A stretch of 64,000 bases of DNA. Origin: Thermoanaerobaculia bacterium (GTDB lineage Bacteria > Acidobacteriota > Thermoanaerobaculia > Multivoradales > UBA5704). Of this stretch, positions 1 to 9,069 are shown piece by piece; the first letter of the stretch is position 1, and each line of letters opens with the position of its first letter. A model generated the notes under the pieces. It saw only the letters and a list, made by a program, of their open reading frames with translations. It was not told the origin of the DNA and did not search any database. The translations under genes and the position numbers were made by a program. The stretch lies in the NCBI GenBank assembly GCA_044226625.1, contig JBGAGQ010000002.1, forward strand, positions 1 to 64,000, given 5' to 3'.

Positions 1-771
1 GATTTCGCCTGGAGCGACGACGCCTCGACCCCCCGGGTCGCGATCCTGAGCGAGACCGCGGCGCGGCGCTTCTTCCCGAACGGCCCGGCGCTCGGACGTC
101 GGCTCCGGGTGCTGGAAGGCGACAGCCCGTGGATCACCGTCGTGGGCGTCGTGGGCGACGTGCGGTACCGGGAGCGCGAAGCGGTGCGGCCGGACGTCTA
201 CATGCCGTTCCTCCAGGAGCCCTTCTGGGCGATGGACCTGATTCTGCGCACGAGCGGCGAGCCGCGCGACCTCGTCCCCGCCGTGCGGCGGGCGATCTTC
301 GAGCTCGATCGAGGACTGCCGATCTTCCGCGTCCAGACGATGACCGACGCCGTCGCCGAATCGGTCGCCCGGCCGCGGCTCCGCACGCTCCTGCTCACAC
401 TGTTTGCCAGCCTGGCCCTCACTCTCTCCGGGCTCGGCCTCGCCTCGCTTCTCTTCTACCTGGTAGCGGAGCGGCGGCGCGAGCTCGCGGTCCGCCTCGT
501 CCTCGGCGCGGGGCGCCGCGATCTCCTCTGCTTGATTGTCGGCCGCGGGATGTCGCTTGCTTTGGCCGGAGTGGCGCTCGGCCTGCTCGGCGCGCTGTCG
601 GCCGCGGCTTCCCGCATCTTCGACGGGCTCCTGTTCGGCCTCGAAGCGTTCGACCTTTCGACCTACGCCTCGGTCTCCGGCTTTCTCCTGCTCGTCGCGC
701 TGGCCGCCTCGATCCTGCCGGCCGGCCGCGCGACCGAGGTCGAGCCGAGCGCGACGCTCAAAGAAGGGTAG
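1..771 (+). CDS. ABC transporter permease, MacB/FtsX-type (ADOP-like), 5'-truncated by window edge
   Basis: Frame is open from base 1 (DFAWSDDASTPRVAILSETAARRFFP...). Contains 'ITVVGVVGDVR', 'ERRRELAVRLVLGA' and C-terminal 'ILPAGRATEVEPSATLKE', typical of the MacB_PCD/FtsX C-terminal half. Confidence 0.9.
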   Translation, partial: DFAWSDDASTPRVAILSETAARRFFPNGPALGRRLRVLEGDSPWITVVGVVGDVRYREREAVRPDVYMPFLQEPFWAMDLILRTSGEPRDLVPAVRRAIFELDRGLPIFRVQTMTDAVAESVARPRLRTLLLTLFASLALTLSGLGLASLLFYLVAERRRELAVRLVLGAGRRDLLCLIVGRGMSLALAGVALGLLGALSAAASRIFDGLLFGLEAFDLSTYASVSGFLLLVALAASILPAGRATEVEPSATLKEG

Positions 772-810
772 AGGGAGAGGGTTGGGCGAAGGCGCCGAAA
801 CTGTTCGCGC

Positions 811-816
811 TAATAT
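811..816 (+). promoter_or_regulatory. Putative -10 box (TAATAT) for a probably leaderless TA operon
   Basis: TAATAT lies 9 nt before ATG 826, with no Shine-Dalgarno between them. Confidence 0.4.
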
Positions 817-825
817 CCGACGGTC

Positions 826-1242
826 ATGGACACTTCCGATCTGCTGGCGAAGCTGAGCCGCCAGGCCGAGGACCTCCCGGAGATCGCCCTCGCGGTCGCG
901 TTCGGCTCGACCGTGCGCGGAACCGCGCATCGCGGCAGCGACGTCGACCTCGGTTTGATCCTCGACCCCGACAGCTCAAGAGCGCGTCAGCGCGTCGAGG
1001 TCGATCTCGGCCGCGCCGCCGGTCGGCCGGTCGACCTGATCTTCCTCGGCGAGGCACCGCCGCTCCTGCGTTTCGAGATCGCACGCGACGGCCATGTGCT
1101 CGTCGAGCGGCGCCCGTACCTCTGGTCCGATTTCAAGGCTCGGGCGATGCGCGATTGGTGGGATTGGGCTCCCTACGCCCGACGCATCCAAACCGCCGCG
1201 ATCGCCCGCTTGCGCGCGGAGGCATCGCGTGGTCCGGCCTGA
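826..1242 (+). CDS. Minimal nucleotidyltransferase (MNT) antitoxin, MntA-like
   Basis: 138 aa with GSx10DxD motif 'FGSTVRGTAHRGSDVDLG' and 'VDLIFLGEAPPLLRFEIARDG'. Confidence 0.9.
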   Translation: MDTSDLLAKLSRQAEDLPEIALAVAFGSTVRGTAHRGSDVDLGLILDPDSSRARQRVEVDLGRAAGRPVDLIFLGEAPPLLRFEIARDGHVLVERRPYLWSDFKARAMRDWWDWAPYARRIQTAAIARLRAEASRGPA

Positions 1243-1630
1243 CGTCGCCGCGGTTAAGCTGGCCCGGGCCCGCGGTTGGCTGGCCGAGGCCGAGGAGTTG
1301 ATCGCCCGCGAAGAGCGCCGCGAACGCGACCTCGGCGCCTTCTATCTGTTCCTCTCCATCCAGGAGTGCATCGACCTCGCGACCCACTGGGTCGCCGACG
1401 CAGGTTGGCCGGTCCCGGACGACGCCGGAGCTTCGTTCGACCTGCTCGCGGATCGAGGGGCTCTCGATCGAAACGTCGCCGCCGGGATGCGCTCCGCGGT
1501 CGGCCTGCGCAACCGGATCGGCCACGGCTACGCGGCGATCGATCACGATCGAATCGGACGGGAGCTGGGGGAGGGCGCGTCGACTCTACGAGCCTTTCTC
1601 TCGGCGGTAGCCGCCGAGGCCGGACTTTAG
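1229..1630 (+). CDS. HEPN/DUF86 RNase toxin, HepT-like
   Basis: GTG at 1229 after GGAGG, overlapping the MNT gene. Contains 'IQECIDLATH' and the Rx4HxY motif 'LRNRIGHGY'. Confidence 0.9.
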   Translation: MVRPDVAAVKLARARGWLAEAEELIAREERRERDLGAFYLFLSIQECIDLATHWVADAGWPVPDDAGASFDLLADRGALDRNVAAGMRSAVGLRNRIGHGYAAIDHDRIGRELGEGASTLRAFLSAVAAEAGL

Positions 1631-2153
1631 GAGGTTCGGGGCCGAGCCTTCGAAGAGCACTCCCGAAATCCGGTACGGGTTTCCCGATTTTGCTTAAGTT
1701 CTCGCCGGGTTCCCGGTTCAGATTTCCCGCCCTCTGAAACCTATACTGCGGTCTGCGCGGAGCGTCCGATCCGCTGGGGTGGTTCTTGCCGATCGGGATC
1801 TGGCTTTCGTCCACGCGGAAGCCTCAAGGGATTCTCGGGAGCGCTCTTCCGACGATGTGGGGATCCCTCTCGATTCTTCGTTTGGATACCCGTTTGCGCA
1901 GCTTTCGTCCTGACGAGAGGCGGATGAGAGGCGCTGTTCTCCGCGACTGGCGCCCTAGTTTGCACGTTGAGTGTTACGCTTGCTGATGCTTTCCTGAAGA
2001 GTGTTCGATACCGCCCAACTCTAGATTCGCAGCCCTGAGGAATATCAATGACCCCACCGGAGCGCGTCCTTGTGATGAAGGAGGCAGCGTCCCTTCTTGT
2101 CCTTCAGGTCGGCGCCGCCATTCCCTGCAGCAATTCAAGTCGCGAGCACCACT

Positions 2154-3896
2154 ATGGGTGATCTCCATGAGCTACTTGTTGAAGCAGATCGAACTAATAG
2201 CCTGCTTCAGGCGATCCATCAGGCGATCTCTCTAGATCCGGCCGAGCGGAAGGCGCTTGCCTCTAACCTTGCATCACTTCATAACGAAGGGACTATCAAC
2301 CTAATTGCGACCTTCACCAGGCTGCCGGGGGCAGAGGAGTCTGGTCCTAATTTTTTTGAGCTGCGTCACGTATTCGAGGAAGTTCTGCCGGAGATCGAGG
2401 CACCAGTGGCTCAGGTCGCGCATTGCGTGCAGCGACTCTTTCGTGAAGCGGGCTCTGATTTGGCGGCTGGCACGGTCCTCGACGCTTTCCGCGATTTCTG
2501 CGCCAAACGGCCTGACCGCATACAAGCTGCACTTACGGCGATCGAAGCTGCCCCGGAAGAGCTTTCCAATCTCGTAGTAGCGACACTGGTTGCCGGTTCG
2601 ATTATCGATTCAGCAGTCTATGCTGACGAGGCTATTCGACTCTCTAGGCACACGAACCCTGAGTTGCGCAGCCGAGCCATATTTGCCATCGGCCGTTTGA
2701 ATTTTGGCACGGCTACCGGTAGGCGCGAGCAGGCCATCGCGGCGATCGAGGATGCGGTTGGCTCAGGGGACGATGATCTGATTCTTGCAAGTGCTGTCAA
2801 GTCTGCATTCGCGGTCTCCCGGGCCGAGATGGAATCCGCGGACCGGCTGACAGCCACAATTGCGACAGCACTCTCGCGAGGGGGGGATGTTACGCTGCAT
2901 GCCGCGTCGGAGGTCTTCGCCTTCTACACCAACGGCATCCGAACCGACCTCCTCGAACTACTTTTAGAGAGCTTGGTGCAGGTTAATGTCTCGAACAAAG
3001 GGACGCTCGATAACATTGACTATGGAGTAGCCCATCTCCTCAAAGGCAAAGACATAGCCGGAGGGCTTCGCTTTCTGGAGGCACTCCTTACCACCAGGTC
3101 AGGCGAACTCGATTTCTCGACCTTCGACGACACGGCGCGGACGATTCGCGAGACGCCAGCCCTGCTCAGTAAAGTCGCAACCCGGTGGCTTCTCGGAGGA
3201 AAGTCTGAACTATGCCACAGCGTCACGGCGATTGTAGATTCCCCGGGAGTCGAGCCTCTGGAGATTGAGGCGGACACTGAGATGGAGAGCCCGGACCCGT
3301 TTCGGCTTCTCTTTGGAGCACGGAAGGCGATTGGCAATCTGTTCCACAGGCCGATCTCAGCGACCTCGTTTGTTGTGTCTTTGCTACGGCAGGGTGCTGC
3401 GGATAGTTCGTTGCGGGAAGCGTTTGAGGCGCTGTTGGTGAACCCGCTTCTAGTTAACTACAGTGGAGAGGTGGCCGAATATCTGGGTCGCCGTGCTGAA
3501 ATCGAGGATGAACCCGTCAAGGCGGTTCTCCATAGGTCTTTAGCCGCCCTAGAAGTGTACTTGGCCGGCCTGAGGTCGGTCGGTGAGATCGCGGCCCTTC
3601 ATCCCAGTTTGGAGCAGTGCGACGCCTACTGGCGCCACATCACCGGCGAGATGGCACGATCCCTCAACAACGTGAAGGCCGAGTCCTTACTCATGCAGCT
3701 GGTTCATAAAGACGTCCTGCTCTACGGACGAAAGGCGATCCACCACTTCTTCGGTCCCGAGGGCGAGATCAAACGCATTGAGACCCATCTTCAGTCCCAT
3801 GGAACGCAGATCGAAATGCCGCGCCTGACCATCGTTGATCCTCATGGTCTCGACTACATGCTCCGGGTTTTTCGGAGCGAGAGACTCAAATCGTGA
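2154..3896 (+). CDS. Hypothetical alpha-helical (HEAT/ARM-like) protein, ~580 aa, in lower-GC island
   Basis: Long ORF with atypical codon usage and HEAT-like 'PELRSRAIFAIGRL'. The stop overlaps the next gene's start (GTGA). Start could be 2097 or 2154. Confidence 0.75.
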   Translation: MGDLHELLVEADRTNSLLQAIHQAISLDPAERKALASNLASLHNEGTINLIATFTRLPGAEESGPNFFELRHVFEEVLPEIEAPVAQVAHCVQRLFREAGSDLAAGTVLDAFRDFCAKRPDRIQAALTAIEAAPEELSNLVVATLVAGSIIDSAVYADEAIRLSRHTNPELRSRAIFAIGRLNFGTATGRREQAIAAIEDAVGSGDDDLILASAVKSAFAVSRAEMESADRLTATIATALSRGGDVTLHAASEVFAFYTNGIRTDLLELLLESLVQVNVSNKGTLDNIDYGVAHLLKGKDIAGGLRFLEALLTTRSGELDFSTFDDTARTIRETPALLSKVATRWLLGGKSELCHSVTAIVDSPGVEPLEIEADTEMESPDPFRLLFGARKAIGNLFHRPISATSFVVSLLRQGAADSSLREAFEALLVNPLLVNYSGEVAEYLGRRAEIEDEPVKAVLHRSLAALEVYLAGLRSVGEIAALHPSLEQCDAYWRHITGEMARSLNNVKAESLLMQLVHKDVLLYGRKAIHHFFGPEGEIKRIETHLQSHGTQIEMPRLTIVDPHGLDYMLRVFRSERLKS

Positions 3897-5617
3897 ATCT
3901 GGTGATTCGCCAGTACTTGGCTTCGCTCCGCGAACGAGAGGAGTTGGATGCCGTTCTGCCGGACCTACTGAGTCAGATGGGGCTGACGGTCTTCTCTCGG
4001 CCACGCCGAGGTCCTCGCGAGGATGGCGTCGACGTTGGGGCTGTGGGAAGCATCGACGGGGGGGAAGAGTCCGTCTATCTTTTCACGATCAAAGCTGGTG
4101 ATCTGACAAGAAGTGACTGGGATGGCAATGCCCAGGCGCTTCGCTCCTCCCTGAATCAGATCGTCGGCCCCTACATCCGGAATCGATTGCCGGTTGAGCA
4201 TCGGGGCAAACGAGTCGTTGTGTGTGTTTGCCTCGGCGGGGATGTGCGAGTGGAGGTTCGGCCGGACTTGGTTGCCTACTTCGAGAGCCAAAAGGAGGTC
4301 GTATCCTTCGAGGAGTGGAATGGCGACCGGCTCTCGAAAGAAATCCAGAAACACCTCCTTCGCGAGGAACTCCTAACTAAAGATGCGAGGTCCGGCCTGC
4401 GAAAGGCACTAGCGCTACTCGATCAGCCGAACAGTTCCTTCGGCCATTTCAAAGGGCTCGTAAAGGCGCTGGACCCAGGTCCGGACGCTACAGAGGCTGC
4501 AAAGGTGACGGCGATCCGGCAACTGGGGATTTGTCTAAGGATTCTCTTCGTGTGGTGCCGCGATGCGGGTAACATCGAGGCTGCTTACCTTGCAGGCGAG
4601 GTAGCACTCCTTCACGGCTGGACTAGCTTCAAGGATTTTGCGGACAAGGAGTCAAAGGCGGCGTCGGCAGCCTGCGACGCCTTTCTGTCCATCTTTGAAG
4701 CTTATCAGGAGATCTGTGGACACTTCCTCCAAAATGCGGTTCTGCCTCACGCGAATACGCTTCATGGCCTCTCAACCGGAGTAAGAAGTTCCTGCAGCCT
4801 GGACGTGAACCTAAAGCTATTTGACTTGATTGGTCGAGTTGGTGTGACTGGCCTTTGGACGTACTGGACTGCCACCAGAGCGCGTGAAGATCAGGCGCAG
4901 ATTGTCGAGGAGGCGCGGAAACTTCGTCAGGCTATGAAGGCGATGATTATCAACAACCCGACATTGTTCTTACCGGCGTCCGAGGATCAATCCATTGACC
5001 TGGCGCTCGCACTTTTCTTTCTGGCGACGGACGGGGCGGAACTGGACGAGATCCGAAGCTGGCTGCGGGAGCTGTTCAAACGCTCCGCGTTTGCTCTTCG
5101 CAGTCACGGTAAATACCCCTGTAGTCCGCGCGATTACAGTGCGCTCCTTGAACACCCTCGACGGAGGGATGACGAGTACCGGCGCGAGGCGACGGCTGGA
5201 AGCGTGCTCTTCCCGCTGCTCGCCGCCTGGGCCGCGCTCTTGGGGGATGGTGAGCTGTATAGGAACATCGCGCTTCTCAAGGAACAGGTGCTCAGCCACT
5301 GCACCTTTCAGTACTGGTTTCCCGACGAAGCGACAGAGGAATACTTCTTTACGGGCAGAGGCCCTCATGGCGCGACACTGACCGATGTCTGCGTTGACAG
5401 ACCAGAGTCCGACCTCCTGAATCAGCTCTTCTCGGAGTGCGACGCTACACCGCACTTCAATGAGCTTTCTGCCGTCAGGTTTGGCTGGTGGCCTCTGGTT
5501 GCCGTCGCATGTCGTCGTCATCGCCTACCGCTCCCGCTTCACTTCCTGAAGGAGCTGCGACAGTCGCTGGCCCCTGCCCTTGACCAAGGCAACGGGGCGT
5601 CGGCATCTGAGCGATGA
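3893..5617 (+). CDS. Hypothetical protein with N-terminal PD-(D/E)xK/Mrr-like endonuclease motif
   Basis: 574 aa; 'EELDAVLPDLLSQMG...EDGVDVGAVG...YLFTIKAG' resembles the restriction-endonuclease core. Translationally coupled to the upstream gene. Confidence 0.65.
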   Translation: MNLVIRQYLASLREREELDAVLPDLLSQMGLTVFSRPRRGPREDGVDVGAVGSIDGGEESVYLFTIKAGDLTRSDWDGNAQALRSSLNQIVGPYIRNRLPVEHRGKRVVVCVCLGGDVRVEVRPDLVAYFESQKEVVSFEEWNGDRLSKEIQKHLLREELLTKDARSGLRKALALLDQPNSSFGHFKGLVKALDPGPDATEAAKVTAIRQLGICLRILFVWCRDAGNIEAAYLAGEVALLHGWTSFKDFADKESKAASAACDAFLSIFEAYQEICGHFLQNAVLPHANTLHGLSTGVRSSCSLDVNLKLFDLIGRVGVTGLWTYWTATRAREDQAQIVEEARKLRQAMKAMIINNPTLFLPASEDQSIDLALALFFLATDGAELDEIRSWLRELFKRSAFALRSHGKYPCSPRDYSALLEHPRRRDDEYRREATAGSVLFPLLAAWAALLGDGELYRNIALLKEQVLSHCTFQYWFPDEATEEYFFTGRGPHGATLTDVCVDRPESDLLNQLFSECDATPHFNELSAVRFGWWPLVAVACRRHRLPLPLHFLKELRQSLAPALDQGNGASASER

Positions 5618-5914
5618 AGCTGTGGGGCGCCAACGTGCCTGCACAAGGCGCTCCAAACCTGCTGAATTCTCGAGTTGCACGGTTCGCACTGTTGCCGATA
5701 AAACCGTAACTCAGCCGAGGCGAGCCATCGGCTGGTGAACCGATGACACCGCACCAAACCGTCTGCCACCTCCCGGTCTACCCGCCCTCCCAGTGGCCTC
5801 CTGCCCGCCTTCACGCTCGCTTACGATGCGCGTCGGTTGATCGAGAGGCATGGCTCGGGCGGCCGTGGAGGCTTCTTGATCGGCAGAACCTCTACCCCGG
5901 AGCCATTCCACTGC

Positions 5915-7972
5915 TCACCAGATCCGGCAGATCTCCTCGGGCTTCTTGACCATCGGCTGGCCGGCCTTGCACGAGAACGCCTGGGCGAACTCGGGCATGT
6001 TCACGACCACGCCGTTGATCCGATAGCGGCCAGGGGAGTGCGGATCGGTCTTCGCCCGGAGGCGGAGGTTCTCGGGCCGATCGTTGTTGCAGACCCATTG
6101 GGCGAAGCCGACGAAAAAGCGCTGGTCGGGCGTTAGGCCCTCGATCGGCTGAAGCTTCTTGTCCTTCGTCGCGTCCTTCCAGGCGGCGTAGGCGAGGATC
6201 TCGCCCCCCAGGTCGGCCACGTCCTCGCCGAGTGTCAACCGGCTGTTGATTTTGATGTCGTCGACGATCGTGTACTTGGCGTACTGGTCGGCGACGCAGC
6301 TCGCGCGCTTCTCGAACTCCTTGGCATCGGCGGCGGTCCACCAATCGCGCAGGTTGCCGTTGGCGTCGAACTGCCGCCCCTCGTCGTCAAAGCCGTGGGT
6401 GAGCTCATGGCCGATCGTGCCACCGGTATTGCCGTAGTTCGGTGCGTCGTCCGACTTCAGATCGAACAGGGGAGGGAGCAGGACCCCTGCCGGGAAGTTC
6501 ATGTCGTTGAGCTGCGGATCGTAATAGGCGTTGACCGTCGGCGCGGACATGCTCCATTCGCCGCGATCGACCGGCTTGCCGATCTTCGCCAGATCCCGCC
6601 GCGTCTCGAAGGCATAGGAGCGGGCGACGTTGCCGAGATATGCGCCGCGCTCGACCGTGAGGCCGGAATAGTCGCGCCAGGCATCCGGGTAGCCGATCTT
6701 GTTGCGCATGCCGTGGAGCTTCGCAAGCGCCTGCTTCTTGGTCTCCTCGCCCATCCACGGGAGCGCCACGATCCGATCGGCCATCGCCTTCTCGATCCGC
6801 AGCGTCATGTCGAGCGTGCTCGCCTTGATCTCGGGCGAGAACGCCTTGGCGACGAAGACCTGGCCGAGCGCCTGGTCGAGATCGCGATCGACGCCGTTGA
6901 CGCACGTCTTCCAGCGAGGCGGAATCGTCTCGACTCCGCGGAGCGTCTTGCTGTAGAAGTCGAACGAGGCGTTGCGGAACGCTTCGGCCAGATACGGGGC
7001 GCGCGCGTTCAGGACCTGCCAGGAGAGGTAGGTCCGCCAGTCGGCGAGGCTCGTCGTGCCGAGCAGCTGCTCGACCCTTTCGAAGAACTTCGGCTCGGTG
7101 ACGTTCAGATCGGCGACCTTCGGCGCGCCGACGGCGGCGAGATAAGCCGACCAATCGAACGAGGGCGTAATCTTCTCTAGGTCGGCGAGCTGAGTCCGGT
7201 GCCAGGTCTTGTACGGGTCGCGACGTTCGACGCGCGAAAGCGAGGCGTCCGCGAGCGCGTTCTCGAGCTTGAGCACGCTTTGCGCCTTGGCCGTGGCGAC
7301 CTCTTGCGAGTCGCCCGTGAGAGCGAAGACGCGGGCCACGTAGGCGACGTAGGCGTCGCGGATCGAACGGGTCTTTTCGTCGTTCTCGAGGTAGTAGGAA
7401 CGGTCGGGTAGGGACAAGCCGCCGGCCGTGATGCCCGGCATGACCCGGTTCGCGTCTTCGGCGTCCTGGGTCGAGCCGAAGGCGAACAGCAGACGGCGAT
7501 TGAGTCCGGTCGGATGAAGCTTGCCCAGCAGAGGGGCGATCTGCCGGGTGGACTCGAGTCCGGCGACGGCCTCGAGGTCCGCCGCAACCGGCGCGAGGCC
7601 GCGCGCTTCGATGCCGGGAAGGTCCATGCAGGCCGCGAAGTAGTCGCCGATCCGCTGCTCGTTCGCCGAACGCCCTGGAGTCTCCTTGGCCAGAGATTCG
7701 AGGAGGCCCCAGAGGAACCGCTGGTTGTCCTGCCCGACCTTTGCGTAGACGCTCCAGTTCCCCTGGTCGGGCGGGATCGGGTTGCTCTTCTCCCAGCCGC
7801 CGCACGAGTAGGCGTAGAAATCGACGCAAGGATCGACCGACTTGTCCATCGACGCGACGGAAAGCGAGGGCGAGTAGGGTAGCGCCGGCAGCGGCATTTC
7901 GCCGCCGCGCACCGGGGCGGACGCGCTCGAGAGGGCGAGGGCTGCGAGCAGGAAGGCGGAAGCTGGTTTCAT
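5915..7972 (-). CDS. Secreted M13 family metallopeptidase (neprilysin/ECE/PepO-like)
   Basis: Signal peptide MKPASAFLLAALALSSASA; 'DPCVDFYAYSCGGW', 'VNAYY', 'GHELTHGFD', 'GEDVADLGG', 'DPHSP'. True start is 7972, not the ORF-track 9265. Confidence 0.95.
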   Translation of the reverse strand: MKPASAFLLAALALSSASAPVRGGEMPLPALPYSPSLSVASMDKSVDPCVDFYAYSCGGWEKSNPIPPDQGNWSVYAKVGQDNQRFLWGLLESLAKETPGRSANEQRIGDYFAACMDLPGIEARGLAPVAADLEAVAGLESTRQIAPLLGKLHPTGLNRRLLFAFGSTQDAEDANRVMPGITAGGLSLPDRSYYLENDEKTRSIRDAYVAYVARVFALTGDSQEVATAKAQSVLKLENALADASLSRVERRDPYKTWHRTQLADLEKITPSFDWSAYLAAVGAPKVADLNVTEPKFFERVEQLLGTTSLADWRTYLSWQVLNARAPYLAEAFRNASFDFYSKTLRGVETIPPRWKTCVNGVDRDLDQALGQVFVAKAFSPEIKASTLDMTLRIEKAMADRIVALPWMGEETKKQALAKLHGMRNKIGYPDAWRDYSGLTVERGAYLGNVARSYAFETRRDLAKIGKPVDRGEWSMSAPTVNAYYDPQLNDMNFPAGVLLPPLFDLKSDDAPNYGNTGGTIGHELTHGFDDEGRQFDANGNLRDWWTAADAKEFEKRASCVADQYAKYTIVDDIKINSRLTLGEDVADLGGEILAYAAWKDATKDKKLQPIEGLTPDQRFFVGFAQWVCNNDRPENLRLRAKTDPHSPGRYRINGVVVNMPEFAQAFSCKAGQPMVKKPEEICRIW

Positions 7973-8154
7973 CGAGAGGCTCCGAAGTGGCGGTGGATGG
8001 GGTCCACGGAAGGGCAACCCATAGATACGAATGGGGCGACGAAAAGTTCTGCCCCCGAGCTCGAGCCTCGCGCCGAGCGGCTCTCGAAGCAGGAGACGTG
8101 CTCCCGTAAACCTAGGTCTCGAGCGTTCCGCCAGGGTCGTGAAAAGCCGGTGCT

Positions 8155-9021
8155 TTACAGGGCCTGGGTGAGCGGGATCCCCACGAGCAGGAGCGCGACG
8201 CCCGCCCACTGCCAGGGGGCGACCTTTTCGCGCAGGAAGATCCCGGCGAGCACCACCGTGACGGCGGAGAACATCGAGGTCAGGATCGTGGTGACCGTCA
8301 CGTCGCCCCGCGCGAGGCCCCAGGTCGAGGCGAGGAAGGCGCCGGTATCGAACACGCCGACGATGGCGAGCAGCCCCCAGAGCTTCGTCGGGGGGAGATC
8401 GAGCTTGTGGCGCAACGGTACGGCGAGCAGCGCGAGGACGAACGGCGTCACCAGGCGGAACATCCAGACCGGCAGGATCGGACCGAACTCCGGGGTGATG
8501 CGGAAGCCGAGGAGCCAGAATAGGACGCCGAACGTAGCCGAGCCGGCGAGCGCCCAGGCGACCCCGGGGGGGAGGCGGCGCCAGGGATGGGCTGCCCCCT
8601 CCTCCGTCGGGCCGATCGAGGCGAGGACGACGCCGGCGAGCACGACCGCGACCGCGACGGTCTTGCCACCCCCCAGACGCTCGCCCGAAAGGAAGGCGAG
8701 CGCTCCGGTGAGTGCTCCATAGGAGGCGGCGATCGGCGAGACCAAAGTGAGCAGGCCGATCTCGAACGACCGGAACAACGCGAACGAAGCAAAGATGTTG
8801 AGGGCGCACCCGAGCGCCATCCATCCCCAGGCGGCCGGGCCGGCCGCGGCGAGCCCGGCGATCTCGCCGGTCCAGAACAGATAGACCGAGATGGCGCCGA
8901 GCCCCAAGAACTGGAAGTAGAACAGGCTCCGGAACGCGCCGATCTCCCGTGTAACGAAGCGGGAAAGAAAATCGCCCACACCCCAACCGAAGGCGGCGGT
9001 AAGCCCCGGGAGCGCGGTCAA
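8155..9021 (-). CDS. DMT/EamA family transporter
   Basis: About 10 hydrophobic helices; 'AAFGWGVGDFLSR', 'LVSPIAASY', 'AGIFLREK'. Start (TTG 9021) is approximate. Confidence 0.85.
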   Translation of the reverse strand: MTALPGLTAAFGWGVGDFLSRFVTREIGAFRSLFYFQFLGLGAISVYLFWTGEIAGLAAAGPAAWGWMALGCALNIFASFALFRSFEIGLLTLVSPIAASYGALTGALAFLSGERLGGGKTVAVAVVLAGVVLASIGPTEEGAAHPWRRLPPGVAWALAGSATFGVLFWLLGFRITPEFGPILPVWMFRLVTPFVLALLAVPLRHKLDLPPTKLWGLLAIVGVFDTGAFLASTWGLARGDVTVTTILTSMFSAVTVVLAGIFLREKVAPWQWAGVALLLVGIPLTQAL

Positions 9022-9069
9022 GAGAAGGCTCTCGAACGACGTGGAGTAGGGAGAGACCGGAGCGAGACC

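Noticed and set aside
1741-2168. Short ORFs (64-74 aa) ahead of the low-GC island
   Set aside because: No RBS or recognisable motif; treated as promoter/intergenic sequence.
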